This document shows positions 28,671 to 43,504 of a DNA stretch of 64,000 bases, piece by piece. Location of the stretch: positions 264,182,001-264,246,000 of the forward strand of contig OZ024743.1 in NCBI GenBank assembly GCA_964016885.1, in the 5' to 3' direction. Position 1 is the stretch's first letter; each line of letters begins with the position of its first letter. The notes beneath the pieces were generated by a model, which saw nothing but the letters and a program-made list of their open reading frames with translations, was not told where the DNA came from and made no database searches. The position numbers were made by a program, and so were the translations under genes. Origin of the DNA: Eledone cirrhosa. Its lineage: Eukaryota.

Positions 28671-29109
28671 GCGCTGGAAAAAACCCCAGAGCATTTATTC
28701 CCGCACTAACATGTACAATGAGTCATACAATTATTAGTTGTGCCAACGAAAAAAAAAAAAGAAAGAAATCTAAATTAATTTGATCAAGTAAAAATACGTA
28801 TTTAAATATTGATGAACAGGTAGACCTGGAGTAAAAGATACTATTCCTATGCATGTAAGTAATAAGTGTTGTCTAAGACTAAAATCCTTTCTTAGTGCTA
28901 ATAATAGAAATTAGTGAATAATTTATGAAATTAGTGAATAAATTATGAGCCCCATACGCTCTTAATTCAATAGTATATTTCTCATTGGATGCCACTACAC
29001 CTGGGATACTTGAAGGGAGTTCTATCTCCCTAGTGGGGTACTGGTAGTCACTTTTTTTTAGCAGGAATTCTTGGAAGGAAGGCAGTGGCAAGGGACAGAA
29101 AGAAAATAA

Positions 29110-29320
29110 TTGATTTTACTTTTGGCACGAAACAAGCAAGTTGATGTGAAAGTGGAAGTCAATTACATCGACTGCATTGCATTACTTGTACTTTATGTTA
29201 TCGACCACGTAAAATGGATAGGCAAAACTAACCTAAGCGGAATTTGAACTCAGAACGTAACTATATACCGCAAATCATATTATCCACTACTACACCGATA
29301 CAGCGCATCCACTGTCCTTA
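29110..29320 (-). mobile_element. SINE family 1 (diverged)
   Basis: ttatcgacc...ggcaaaactaacc...cggaatttgaactcagaacg. Confidence 0.6.
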
Positions 29321-30136
29321 GAAAGAGCAAATAATGCAAAATAGTAGTTACTCGTAAACTTCTCTGCATATTTATTAAACAACGGTAAATTAAGATTTTA
29401 AAAATATATTAAAATCCCTTTTCTCTGTATAATTTAAGCTCAGCATGACAGTGAGGTTGGACGCTGATAAAATATATTCTCTAAAAGGATGGGCGTTGAT
29501 ACTTCAAACATGAGTGGGGAAATCTACACTACAAAATCAATATAAACTGTTAAAAAGGTTTCACAACAAATTAAAGCAACAATTCATTGGCCAATACCAG
29601 GTTAAACAACATTTGGCTCTTGGATAACAATCTGTTGTCAATATTCGAACCATTTCTCCAGACTGAAAATCAATTACCGTACAGTCGTTGAAGCACTTAA
29701 ACTCGTCATCGGCACTCTCGTTCAAGCGATACAAAACACGGAACAATGAGACAAATGTTCACATTACAACAAATTAAATCTAACAAAGATGTCACCATCC
29801 CGAAATACTAAACAATGCAGAGTAAAAATCTAACATGAAGCCAGTGGAAATACAGAATGATTGATTTCTAACGAGACACAAATCCACATATTGATATCGG
29901 TTCGTACTTCATTTTATTGACGCGGAATGAAAGCCAAAGCCGATTTTTGAGAGATTTAGATTCAGAAGGTTAAGGACCGTGATTGAATAGCGGAAGTATT
30001 TTTGTCTGCCGCTCTACCGAAACTGACAATCCACTGCTTCTTTGTAATGCAGCTCACTCGCACATAATTATAATATGAGATGACATTAAACAATACAAGC
30101 ACACATTTGAGAGATTGAGAGTTATATATATAGAAA

Positions 30137-30195
<59 letters not shown>

Positions 30196-33100
30196 GGAGC
30201 CTACAGATGGACCTGTTGAGCATGTTGATTCATTCTGATTTAAAGTGGTATGTTTAATAGTTAATATAATTCTCTATAAACAATCATGAATTGTGTCATT
30301 CATAATAAACTAGTTAATCCCCTGAAAATACCACGTAATATGTTATTGTTCTATTTTTAGTCATACATTTATTGACTGCTTCAATATATTCCATATCTCG
30401 GTTATATATTTGATTTCTTGAAAGTGTAACACTCAGACGTTTTTCATTATTTTAAATATTTCGATCGTATCTTTGATTTCAGTACTTTTTATTGAAAGCG
30501 TACCACCCGTTTTACTACGTATTTACACCATTGCGCTATTACTCTTATCTACAATACTAACGATTCGCGTAGATGTTAAATAATTAGTAAACTAATAGTT
30601 TGTAATAATATCCATTTTATCAAAGTAGAGAGTCTCTGCTAAATGTATGAGAGTATCTGTTAACTAAAACTGATTCGGTAGACACTACATTATAATTATA
30701 AATAATAATAGATCATTGTAATCTACACTACGAAGGTAAGCTGAAAAGATCATAGTCTCATATGAAGGAGTGATACTAGTGCTGTCAAATCTTGCATGCA
30801 TTAATTTCAGCTCTTCTCATTAATAACTGCAGTGTTTTATTCCATGGGCTGCGTTTAAAAATAAACCTCATTTGGTCATTCCATGAGACTATCTTGGTCA
30901 GCCTATGAACAATTCAGTCGGGCATCGAACCTTCATTTCCAAAAGTTGTGACAGAAACAGAAAAAAGATGGTGTGGGATTGCAATCATTAAATTAGTGTG
31001 GATAGACGTGTCTTGCAGCATGTCCATTTATGTACTTAATTCAACTCCAGTTGGGTCGATAAAATACATTCCACTCATGCATTGAGATCGATATGATCGA
31101 TATTTATTCCAGCCCCTAAAACAGTGTTACTTCGTTTAAAATCAATATATGTCTTGTAAGCAGTCCTGGTAGAAAACAGAAAGTAAGTATTTTAGAAACT
31201 CACACCATTTAATTTCATACTTCTACATTCGGATTTCAAATAGTAAATTGTGCAACTTGGTATTTCTCAAGTTATTCGTTGTCCAATACGAATTTATCTT
31301 TAAGCGTAGACAAAATGTTTTCATCGAACGAATTGAAGCCAAAACAATCTTTTATGAAACGATTTTTTATATAGAAAAATGTTTAAGTAGAATTACCAGC
31401 TAAAAGTATATTCTGAAAAACCAGTGACCGAAATATTAAATGTTCTACGTGTACAAGTGTCATCACCTAAGTGTTACAGATAGCAGATAATTAATCGATC
31501 ATTAACCACATGACGTTCAGTTACAACATTCTTTAGTAGTTTCATAGTGGGACATTAAACAATCACAAATCACAATATTGTTGGAAAAAGATTATTCTAT
31601 AAATTAATATGCGTACAACATTATTCTATAAAAGACATTTCAATTTAAAAAAAGGCATTCAATGAAAAGACGTTTCGGTGTAAAATTGTAAAATGAAAAG
31701 TCATTCATCGAATCAAAGGTTATTGGTGCATTATTAAGGAAACACTTTACTATATTCACAATAAACGCTTTTCTTTCAATGCAACAGAATGTGTTATGTA
31801 CGGTTTTTTTAATCATAGTTCACGAATTGCTACATAAGAAATTTGAAGTAAGGATATCCTTTCATAGAAAACTTTCTTATATCAAAGTTATCCCTAATGT
31901 TTGATTTTTTTTTTATCCAATGTAGTCAGAATTTTTTCGATCATGACTCACATGTAACTGTAAAAGAATTAAATGTCATTGATCACCAAATTCGTTGAGT
32001 TCCAACATTTCAAAGGACAGAAAGTCAGCAAAATCCCGATTCGATAAAGGAAAAGATTTAAATAGATTCTAAATGCCATGGAAAACTAGAATTAAAGCTG
32101 CCATTGAATTTCTCTCGTTCTCTTTATTAAATGATTCCAAACGAAACCGGTTGAAATTTTTACTTTTATGCTAGTGTTTTCCTATCTAAGATCTCTAGGA
32201 AAACTTGGTGATATATACTAAATGAAAACGTGATATAAATCAAGATGTCACTGAGTTCTTTCAATATGCAGAAAAAATAAAAATAAATTTATCGAATAAT
32301 ATAACAAAATTGTTTCAATGGAATTATTACTACAATTGTTGAATGTTGCAAAGGTAGAAGTATATTCCCAGTAAAACGTAGCAGTTTCAATTCCTTGTTG
32401 AGCACGGGTATATTTAGACCTAATTCTAATGCAATTCAGGTATGACTGGAAGCCGCAGTATGTTATTTCTGATTTATCACACATATATTACGACTTTTTC
32501 TTTAATCAGACTTAAATTAATATCCTCATTGTCCATATAAATATATCTAAGCATGAGGATACGTTTCTGATATAATCGATTTTACTTTAAAATCCATTTT
32601 TTTTAATGGCTACATACATAAGACATTCGCTTTGCAATTATAATAGTTAATATAATTCTCTATAAACAATCATAAAGGATCAATACCACTGCGGGGCATC
32701 TTGAATGAAAATCCTGGTTTACCGATGAAATTGAATTGACAGAAACAGTATCGAAGCTCGTTGAAGAAATTGATTCTGGAATTTAAGATTTCCGCCTTGA
32801 CAGCGTTCCAATGATTCAATCTGAGAATTACTTTAATCGTACATCTGTCCTCTAATATCTCCAGATAGTTGCTGATTCATTGTGCAGATTAGTCAGTTGA
32901 TTTAAAAAACTGAATATTTATTTTTTAAACTGACCGAGTCCTATTGGTTTTAAGATGACGGAGAGCAGAGTTCATGATATTTTGGCAGGTTTTTGATTGG
33001 AGAAAAGGGAATATGTCAATGTTATTCTCACATTCGAGATCTGTCTCCACTTCTAGCACGGGAATGAACATCTCCGAAGGAATCTAGCAAACATACGTCG

Positions 33101-33434
33101 ATATTAATCCCTATTTCAACATTTGGTTGCCAAAATACTTTAAAATCCATAGAAACAACAATACCCATCTGATACTTTTGACATATCGTGAAGAGCGCAG
33201 GTACTAAATTGTGGCATGATCGAACAGTTTTGATATTTTTACGCATAATGACCAATCACGATTGATCAAGTATTATGATCCCACAGAAGATCAAGTGAGT
33301 ACCATTGAGTATGGCTATGACCGTGATCTGAAAATTATTTGCAAAGATTCACGAACAATGATTGAAAAAGCATCCGTTTACGTTAGCCGTTTAACACATG
33401 CATCATATTTCTTACTAATATTATTTAAATTCTG

Positions 33435-33630
33435 GATTGGCCATTTCGGTGGAGCGTTGGAAAACATGCTTTACGACATAGAGTTCCGACCCTTTATGAT
33501 GTGAGTTCAAATCCTGCCGAGGTTACTTTTGCCTTTCATCTTTACAGGATCAATAAAATAATGAACTGGGGCCGATTTAATCGAACTTTCGCTTCCCAAA
33601 ATCGTTGGCCTTGTGCCCAAATCAGAAGTC
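33435..33630 (+). mobile_element. SINE family 1
   Basis: gagttcaaatcctgccgaggttacttttgcctttcatc...ggccttgtgcc. Confidence 0.7.
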
Positions 33631-35589
33631 AATACTATTTATATTCTGTCCAGATGATTTCAATAGTTTATTGTTTGGATTTAGGCTAGATCTGGCATTC
33701 TAATCCTTAGAATACTGCTTCATTAAACATGAAGAATACGGTGACAACAATACACAGCTCTATTGGAATTTAGTTAAGAAATACTTACTTATCTGCTTGG
33801 CTGAAGAATATGTTACAATAACAACACATAAGAGGTACGTGATGTTGTTATTCTTGATGTTAATTAACAATGAGTTGAGCTGCCATAAAGGGGGAAAAGG
33901 AGCATTTATTCAGTCACTTGCCCTGCCAGAAATAGCAAACAGATATCATTCAAATCAAACTTCACCACCTTAAAAATAAGGATTCAATAGATACTGCAGC
34001 TGTACACAATTTTGGGAGCAGTTTGCTCAGAAATTATCTCAATGGCGCCAGTAGTTCACAAAGAAGCAAAATTCCTCGCAGTTCATGAGTTGGAATAACT
34101 AAAAGAATAAGAGACGAGCATCCAGACAACATAACGGCAATGCAAGCTATGAAACTGTCGCTCAACTGCCACTCCAATGGAAACCATTGAATAAAATTAG
34201 CCCAAGCCATGGTGTTTATTGACTATTGATAAACGAACAGCATACGTAGAAAGAAAGGAGGAAAGGGTTACACTAATGGAATGGCCCTAGTCATAGGTTT
34301 GCTGAATCTGGTCTGATCTGAGTCTAAACAAAAACAAAAAAACAAAACAACATATTCTAAATGCATTTTATATAAAACAGTCTAGCTAAGGATTGCCGAG
34401 ATATTCGTGTTTAAATATCTTACTATAGATTGGAATACGTTGTCAGTATGTGTGTAATATATAGGCAATACCGTATATTTGATGTATACGATAACATCTT
34501 AAATTAATGCCAGCCGTTTAAAGTTGTCTACAATATAAGTTTGAAAACAAAGCAACTAATTCGTCTCAAGTTTAATAATTGATATTTGTTGATTAAATAG
34601 AAACGAAGCATTGCAAAATTAATTTAGACACCTATTTACCTGGATTAATTTCTTTGATACACAGTGAAAACTGATTGCTAAAGTAAACATTCAATTCACT
34701 AATATATAATGTATGTCATAGATTTATAGTTTAAATATAGATGATGATGTTTCACTGCAGAAGAAATAAAGAGCCAGGATCAATACATTATCAAAGTACC
34801 TCTTTACTTCGCGACTCGTTTTAGCTTCAAATTATGCCAAGTTTGATTGATGGTTTCTATTCTAGTGGGGTCTAATGTAAATCAAATTGAGGATTCCTAA
34901 AAATGCATTCAACCTGCTAGAAGTATTAGTAAATTTTCCATTAATACTCACACTGTTATCTTACAGACTGCCTAAAATATATAACATGAGGTGATCATGA
35001 CTGGAATACTTTAAACAGGGATCTGCCATAGAAGAGTTGAAACGGGTCTCAACCACAACAACAGTACTATGTCACAATTTCTGATGTCAGGAAAGTTTTC
35101 AAATGGAAATAAATCCTTCAGCAATAGATTTACTGGTTTCTGATTCCTGAATTCTGCATGAGTGAAAATAGGAGTAGAGTGATAAAATATTTGATATATC
35201 TCAATGTGGTAAAGGGGGGGGGGGGGGGAATTTATGTATAAATAGGACGAGAAATACGACAAAAATCAATATACTGATAAATAACAATGGGAAATAACGT
35301 ACTTTTATGGGGGTATTGCTGGGAATATTCCAATAACAGTAATTTTTGAAGAATAATGATTACTACAACTACATCATTCAATGACGTATACGTATATTTA
35401 TGATATTTCTGTAAATATATATTCATTTGAAGTGAAAAACCAAGGGTGCGTGTGTTTTTATTGACAGTGTGACCCTCCCAAATTATAGTAATATTTTCAT
35501 TATATACAATTAAGTTTTTTATCGTCTCCATTGAACCGTTCAAGGTGACAGACAAATTGATCTACTTCATGTTCTTTTTCTTCGCTCAA

Positions 35590-36050
35590 TTGTCATGCGG
35601 GCAGAGTCCTCAAACACCCCATTTAGCGAGCCCTATCAGAAGCCACTGTCTCTAATTAATCCAGCCGGAACCCCAGGCGAGAGAAGCGAGCTCATGGGTG
35701 ATATCCAACCATCTTGCTCGGAGTCTACCTTTGAGCCTGTCGCCGGTTGGTTTTGCCCGTTAAATTTGTCCAACGATTCTTTCTTCAGACATTCTGACCA
35801 CATGTCCATAGCATCGGAGCTGTGATCTTTCAATTCAGAGACATGGCAGTTCTACTTTGAGCTACACCTTGATCTACGAGCCAGGAACTCTATCGAGTAA
35901 CGTTACTTTAGACCCCTTTGGACGAACATTTTTTCGGTCACTTGTATTCGCGATCATATTCTTTCGGTCATTATGTGAGATTCATTACGCAAGGTTTGGT
36001 CCGTATACCGAATGGAAGATAGCAAGATTGCTTTTACACCCACCTTTATT
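35590..36050 (-). mobile_element. RTE-clade LINE 3' relic
   Basis: Minus frames read VTLLDRV...IERSQLRCYGHVVRMSEERIV...GDRLKGRLRARWLD. Confidence 0.8.
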
Positions 36051-36148
36051 CTTCTGATGACCAAATACTGACGCTGGTGCATTTTTAGACTTTTTCAACT
36101 TAATTAAGATTTGCACCTGGCAGCCCCCGTGAAAAGGGCACCGAAATA

Positions 36149-38280
36149 ATTATAGTTTTCCACCTGCTTTAGTGGAACTCAACTCACATAAATATTTCAT
36201 TAAGCAAGCGTCCTTGAGTGTCTCGGTCTTCGTAGCACATAATTCCATTCCTGTCTTGCAGCTCTAGGCAGAGAACCAATCAAGCAAATGTCTTTATTAA
36301 ATACAAAGTAAAAAGACTTAGCGTAGGAAAAGGGATATAAAACGGCTTTATCATTCATAGTTATATAAACAGCATTACAAATATAAATGAAGTTATGTAA
36401 AGGTGGAAATATGAAAAAGAAAGATAAAAACAAAATTAAGTAATGTGAAAGATGGGAAGGGGCACAGAAGAGTAGATCTGGCTATATGGGAAAGTAGAGG
36501 AAAGGACTATAAATGCCAGAAGTGAAAAAAAAACAGGGATAAAGTTAGGATTCCTGGGTTACAAAAGAAAGGGAGGGGTAGGGGAGGGGGGGAGGGGAGA
36601 TTCTCTGTGTCTAGAGTGGGGCAGTCTTCGGGAAGTGCCTCGTGGACAAAACTGCAATGGCATTTTCGCGGACAATGGTCAGCGATAACCACTGCAACAG
36701 CCACGTCACCACATAGGGCTAATTCCTTAGAGGTTCTGTTGATGTTTTGCTTTTACGGAGGAGCTTGGCAGCACGGGGTCCGAGGAAGCCTGAAGTCTTC
36801 ACGGCGACTGGTACAAAGAGGAAGCGACCGGACAAGGCCCGGTATTTGTTTGTCTTCCTGTCCTCTGCATCGCGGGCCGCAGCACCAGGTTCTGTGGCCA
36901 AAGGAACTATGCTGAAAGCACAATATGTGACGTCCTAGATGGGGAATATAGCTCCTTCGGATTGGAAGGGTGTAATTCCATAGGGGCACTTGCTGTCTCA
37001 GCGGCTGTGGCCTGCTGGTTCTAGTTTTGACCGTAAGACAGCCACGTCCAGGATTAATTCTATACGTTGTTTTTTAGTGACACAGAATTACTGTGATGAA
37101 TATAATCTACAATTTCACTCCCCTTGTCAGAGCATTTGTTCGAATGTTAGGTTTCAATCTCAAAGAGTAATAACTCTGCTCGAACTATTATCTTTGATGT
37201 CTTATCTGTTAGCATCAGAACCACAACCGGTAAGAAGACAAGGAGAATTATCAAGTAATAATAGGTGGAGTGGTAATTGGTCCGAAACAAAAACAAAGGA
37301 ACTAAAACGATAATGAGTTATACTTAATATTTATTATATTTTTAGAACTGTGGATTCGGTTCGTGGAAGCGTTAAAGCATGGAAAAAATGTTTTTAAATA
37401 GTTGTTCTGTCCCATTAAATTTCAAATTCGGACACTACCGCTGATAACATTTCATCTCAACGGAATTGTAACTCAGAGAGCAGGGATGACTCAATCAGCT
37501 TTCTAGATCACTATCATAACAAGTTTTGTCATAATAAAATATTGATATGAAGACATTTAAATTTATGTATGAAGAGAAAATATATATATAGTGTGTAGTT
37601 TCCATAGGTGAAAACACTTTATCATTGTAACTCTCCACCTGCTTAGGTGGAACTCAATTCACATAAAGAGTTCATTAAGCAGGCTTCCTTGAGACGACGA
37701 GTGTCTCAGTCTTCGCAGCACAGAATTACATTCCTGCCTTGCAGCTCTATGCAGAGAACCAGCCAAGTGAATGTCTTTATTAAATACAAAGTACAATGAC
37801 TTAGCGTAGGAAAAGGGATATAAAATGGCTTTATCATTTACATTGGAATGGCTTTTCCAGCGCGTCTCCCTTGTCGTCCTTCTCTATTCTGTCCGCCAGG
37901 GCTGTGGGGAGGCCATCAATATGATTGACGTCATTTTATCAGTCAGATTATTAAACATGGTGAGACAATACATATATTAGTTTGTCATAACATTGCACAT
38001 AACACTACCAATAGCATTATTAGTATTAGTCTAAAGTATCCTTTTATACCACGCTAGCGTCTATGTTCTCCCAGTAGCTGTATTAAAAATGTATATAAAT
38101 AACATTACAAATATAAAAAAAGTTATGTAAAGATGGAAATACGAAAAAGAAAGATAAAAACAAAATTAAGTAATGAGAAAAAAAGGGGGGGGGGGGCAAG
38201 AATAGTAGATCTGGCTATATGGGAAAGTAGAGGAAAGGACTATAAATGCCAGAAGTGAAAGAAAAACATGGATATAGCAT
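36149..38280. repeat. Diverged direct duplication (36149-36540 vs 37615-38275)
   Basis: ccacctgct..ggaactcaa.tcacataaa...gtagaggaaaggactataaatgccagaagtgaaa occurs twice. The second copy has an extra segment of about 250 bp. Confidence 0.8.
36620..37020 (-). mobile_element. CRE-like non-LTR retrotransposon, restriction-like endonuclease relic
   Basis: KCPYGIT...*DVT...PGAAARDAEDRKTNKYRAL..RFLFVPVAVKTSGFLGP.A...WLLQWLSLTIVRENA matches the RPDG/WDVT/K..KY/FVPVAVETLG/QRLS...RGNA pattern. Confidence 0.75.
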
Positions 38281-39834
38281 GTATTTTCCATGGGTGAAAA
38301 CAGTTTATATAACTACAGCTTTAGAGTTTTATAGATAATCACACATGTAATGCTGTCATTTAACAAGTTTGTAAATTATCATATGACACTACAGTTTTTG
38401 TAATTCAGGAAGAAGTTGCGTAACACCGTCACTTTTCTATCATTTCTCTTTATTGATAATATTGATTTGTTGTTTTCCTCTATAGGGTTCGTGTTAGTGG
38501 TGTACATTCACATATATTGATTACATTCGAAATCACAGTACAAAAGTTTAAAGTGGTATATAAAATTGAACTGAACCTTGAATATTACTGGTGCTTCTTG
38601 TATCAATCGCGGCAAGATGAAAAGAAAAGTGGTTCCTGATGAAAGCTGAGGTTAGAATTCATAAGGACGAAACTATCAACTGTTTCCATTAAATCATTGC
38701 CCTAATCTGTTTCGGTATATAATAAGGGAGTGTTAATGTATTGATCCCCAGCTTCCAATGTGTATCCATTTTCTAATTAGTAGTCAGTATTTGATGTTTC
38801 ATCAAATGAAATATTCTGATTATGTTATAGGTCGGTGAACAGTTCCCACTTTATTAAATATCTTAATGAAGTTAGCTTTCTTTAAATTATGACAACTTTA
38901 CTAACAAAGAGTTACTTTGCCCCACTGTCTCGTTTCAACTTGCAATTTTGGAGTTAAGTACCATGTATCAATCGAAGCGAATCAATAAATTGAATTTTAA
39001 TGTCACATTAATTCTAACTTTCAAATTGAAACTCTCGGAGAAAATTGATAATTATGAAAATATGCAAAGTATTACACCGTTTGAAAACAACAAGACTTGT
39101 TTTTACTTCTGCACAAATACCTTGAATAGCATTAAATAGAATCACTTCGGGCTCATTACAGAAGTGGGAAAATTATATTGTTTGTAAACATATAGAGTTC
39201 AAATGTTACATATTTATGCAACGTACATTAATATGTTCCCTGAGCATAAGGCTCCATAGGAATATGGTAGCTTAGAGATATAGATCTCATCATAGACAGC
39301 ATATAGGTTTATTGATGGTAGCTTTTGACACGGATAAAATGTAACCTCAATTTACAATACTATGTTCAAACCATTAATAGTAGTCGTCAAATCTTCAGTA
39401 TTTAATCAGCACGCAGAAGTAATAGATACCATCACATAGTTAGTTCAAACTGGAGGATTTATATCGTATACGAATCATTTTCATCCATAAAAGAAAGAAT
39501 ACATAAAAATTGTTATATCAATGTTTCGTATATTTCTTGATAGTAAAGTATAGTATAACTGATCAAAAGTGTTCAGGGCACTTCCACAAACTGTTCACTG
39601 ACACAACTCCACCACATCAAAAGGAAACATATACAAAACAAATAGAACGTACACTAGAATAGAGGTAAGTTTCGGATAGTTTTTCAAATTTCAGTTATTA
39701 TACCTATGAATCTCAAAAAGAACATTCCTAATATAAATCGTGTTTTCTTATGACCAACTCACATCATATTTAAATTTAGGGAGGGATATATTAGCATTAA
39801 CGTGAATTTTTACAGGCTTTTATTCCCATTTAAA

Positions 39835-39992
39835 ACTACTGGTGCATTATTTTATCGACCCCTTAAGAATAAAAGGCAAAGTTAATCCCGCCGAGGTTAA
39901 CTTTGCCTTTCATCCTTACGGGGTCGATAAAATAAAGCCCCAGTAATGAACTGGGTAATTGCTGGCCTTGTGCCAAAAGTAGAAACAATTAT
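39835..39992 (+). mobile_element. SINE family 1 with inverted 5' fold-back
   Basis: ...aaaggcaaagttaatcccgccgaggttaactttgcctttc... Confidence 0.75.
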
Positions 39993-40797
39993 TTCTATTA
40001 TAACATTAATAACTTTATATAAATTACTGGCTAAAAAAAGTAACGTCACAAATATCATTTATGTTATCTAGGTTTATTTAACCTGAGTAGTAAGTAGTGC
40101 TCTCATCTGTTGCTGCCTAAGAAAAGCAAAGTTAAATAATTGAGAAATTTCATGAAACAAGTTTTTCTCCTTTTGTTTTCCAACAATCATTTTTTTAAAC
40201 CATGTGTATATCATTAAGTTATCAATTTGAATTACCAATTTCACCGTGATTATATTTCTGTAAAAACATTACCATTCATTAAAATAACTATTGTGCTTTC
40301 TTGATTGGTTTTTAGCTGTTAAGTTTTATTAGAATTTTACTAAATATTAAATAGTAACTCTCATTTTACGTGTATAGATTATCAGCATAAAATTATCCTA
40401 GAGACATTTTGACGTGTATTTAAATGTTCAAAACAAAAACCTAAGTTGGTTATGTAGAATGAACCAAGAATTGCGCGTGAAAAGTTTTTAATTTCTATTT
40501 AAAACACTCACTCGTGTAAACACTCACTCGTGTAAAAGCATATATGAATGATAACCAAATTATATTCCTGTAAATCAATAGCTAATCACTATCCATTTTT
40601 GAAATCAAAAATATTTTTATTAGCAACTGTCAATTTAAGCAATTGAAAATATGTTCATTTAAATCTATTGACAACGTATATATCTGTATCTATAGATTCA
40701 TAACGTAGAAAGTCTACATTCCACCGTTGATTTCTCACATTATAGTTAGCGGATAGTTGATTAACTCTACACTATATCGGATGAAATAAATGCCACG

Positions 40798-40957
<160 letters not shown>

Positions 40958-41438
40958 GCTTTTATTTCATCCGATATGAACAGAAACATTCAGATTTAAC
41001 CCAGAATAAAATTGAGAAAACATCAATGTAAAGCATATTATCTAATCCTCTATTTTTTTGGCACTTACTCTCCCTCATATAAATGAAACCTAACAACCAT
41101 TAGGACCTGTAGAACGTCCACGTGTTAAAACATTTTAAAGTACAAAATACGCATAAATGTTGCTGTATGAATGTGTAGGTTCATTATATTGAACATTTCG
41201 ATTGCGTTTATACGTGTGTGCCTATACCCATATACTCATCTACAAATGCAGAAACGTACGCAGGCAGACCCCCCCCCCACACACACACACATACACACAC
41301 ACACACACCGGCACACGTACGCCCACTCACAAGCCTATATATTTTAAACGAGTCGCAGATCGATATACGTGTTGCTGTTAGATCCATCTCTACAACATCC
41401 TGCGTGAAAAGGAAAAACTAAAATCCTAAGAAACCACC

Positions 41439-41498
<60 letters not shown>

Positions 41499-42543
41499 AT
41501 ATATATATATATATGTGTGTGTGTGTATTTCTGTGTGTGTTTGTGAGTGTGTGTGTGTGCGTGTGTGTGTGCGTGCGTGTGTGTGTGTGTATTTTTTGCA
41601 TTGGTAAGATCAGATAAGATAGATGAGACAGATCTGTCTTTTCTTCTTCAGGAGTGAAAATAAATAACAATGTATTGAACTTGCAATGGAAACACCTAAT
41701 TCGAAATTCCTCAACGATATAAAATTAGTTTTACTTTAGAACCTGATTTGAAAAATAATAGGTATCTCTATACAAATATTATTAAAATATATATGTGTGA
41801 AAATATTCTTAACACCATACATATAATTTTCTTCTATACCTGCACGGGTCGTTTGACTAACGAAAAATCTAAATATTTCCCAATCTTTCTCGTATAAATA
41901 ACTGAACCTACTGCCCTAAATATGTAGTAAATATTTTTTAAATTATTCCTGCTGTAACCAATTTGTAGTTTCATCATACTTTTCCCGAAGAAAAAAAAAC
42001 ACAATAAATTTACAACACAATAAATAAACAACAATAAATTTATACTTTTTTAACTTTGAAAATCTTATGTAAGATAAGCTAACATTGAACTTGAAATTTT
42101 AACTGCTTCTCTTAATGCTCCTTGTTTTGAATCCTCTCTTTTTCTTGATATTTGTCTTATGATATATATTTAATGTTATTTTATTATATACATTTCCCGA
42201 ATAGATACGGTTGGGATAATGCACCCATAAGGATGTAAATTTTTACCTGGTAATATCCAGTTTCTTCACAAATGGATACGATATTCTAATCAAGTTGAAA
42301 CTTTCGTAGAGATGCATAAATAAATAACATCTTATCATTGGTTTTCTTAACATTTGAATATATATATATTTATATATACATATATATATATATATAAAAG
42401 AAATAAGATTTCACTTCAAGCATAGCTTTATACAATTTGTATAAATATTTCGTATCTCCAAAGAAATACGGTTTTAGGAAGCCGTAGCTATGCAAACAGC
42501 GGGGGCTAACGCCCTCTGGTGATGTCAAGCATAAGCAAGGGGG

Positions 42544-42587
42544 ACCGTCCTGACGATGGCCAGTTAAGCCTGAAATGCATAGACGGT
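42544..42587 (+). ncRNA. Type I hammerhead ribozyme (family B, copy 1)
   Basis: ACCGTC-CTGACGA-tGGCcagttaaGCCt-GAAA-TGCA-TA^GACGGT, with palindromic stem III ATGCAT. Confidence 0.88.
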
Positions 42588-42782
42588 TGTCCCCCTTATT
42601 TCTGCTGGACATCACCAGAGGGCGTTAGCACCCCCCCCCCCCCGGTGTTTGCATAGCTACGGCTTCCTAAAACCGTATTACTTTGGAGATACGAAATATT
42701 TATACAAATTGTATAAAGTTATGCTTGAAGCGAAATCCTATTTCTGTTTTATTATAAGTTGAGCCAACTTATGCAGCTTCAT

Positions 42783-42857
42783 ATGCAAATGAGATTAATC
42801 ACCTCATTTACACAGGCGAGAAAACTTTATATTCTCGACTGTCTTCTAGTCCAGCAG
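42783..42857 (+). promoter_or_regulatory. Putative compact snRNA/U6-type promoter of family B
   Basis: ATGCAAAT 42783-42790, TCACCTCA from 42799, TTTATAT 42826-42832, AGCAG 42853, HHR core 42882. Confidence 0.55.
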
Positions 42858-42875
42858 TCACAAGCGGTGGGAGGG

Positions 42876-42919
42876 ATCGTCCTGACGAATGCCAGTTAAA
42901 CCTGAAATGCATAGACGGT
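42876..42919 (+). ncRNA. Type I hammerhead ribozyme (family B, copy 2)
   Basis: ATCGTC-CTGACGA-atgccagttaaacct-GAAA-TGCA-TA^GACGGT. Stem II is decayed. Stem I is extended by gtccagcag/ctgctggac. Confidence 0.75.
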
Positions 42920-43026
42920 GGTCCCCCTTGCTTCTGCTGGACCTCACGAGATGGCGTTAGCTCCCCGGTGTTTGCATAGCTACGGCTTCCTAAAACCTTA
43001 TTTCTTTGGAGAAACGAAATATTTAT

Positions 43027-43123
<97 letters not shown>

Positions 43124-43238
43124 GTACGAGGTGAGTTTTATTGTAGCACAATAAAGCAATGCAAATATCGGATAAGTAGCACTCTACAGTTTATAGGACT
43201 GGAGTATAAATAATATAAGATCAATGAGAATATAAGAT

Positions 43239-43293
43239 CTGATGAGAACGCAGATATCATCCCATGATGATATTTGTTTTTTAAATGCGCATA
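43239..43293 (+). ncRNA. Degenerate hammerhead in the Naiad pLTR
   Basis: CTGATGA-GAACGCAGATATCATC-ccat-GATGATATTTGTTTT-tTAAA-TGCGCA-TA. Long stem II, GAAA mutated to TAAA, palindromic stem III ATGCGCAT. Confidence 0.65.
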
Positions 43294-43504
43294 ATAAAAT
43301 ACTTGGAACTCTTTTAAACATCTTTTGATCTTATATTATTCACACTCCAGTCCTATAAACTGTAGAGCGCTACTTATCCGATATTTGCATTGCTTTATTG
43401 TGCTACAATAAAACTCACCTCCTACATTAACTTGCTCCTTGAATGTTTGAGCGCTAACTCTCATATAGGATACCTTTGATGGTCTCTCATTTTTCTTCTA
43501 TAAC

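Larger units (their letters stand above)
42395..43030 (+). mobile_element. Retrozyme-like HHR element family B: inverted arm plus tandem HHRs 332 nt apart
   Basis: 42395-42546 is the reverse complement of about 42585-42750. HHR cores at 42550 and 42882. (TA)n on both sides. Confidence 0.85.
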
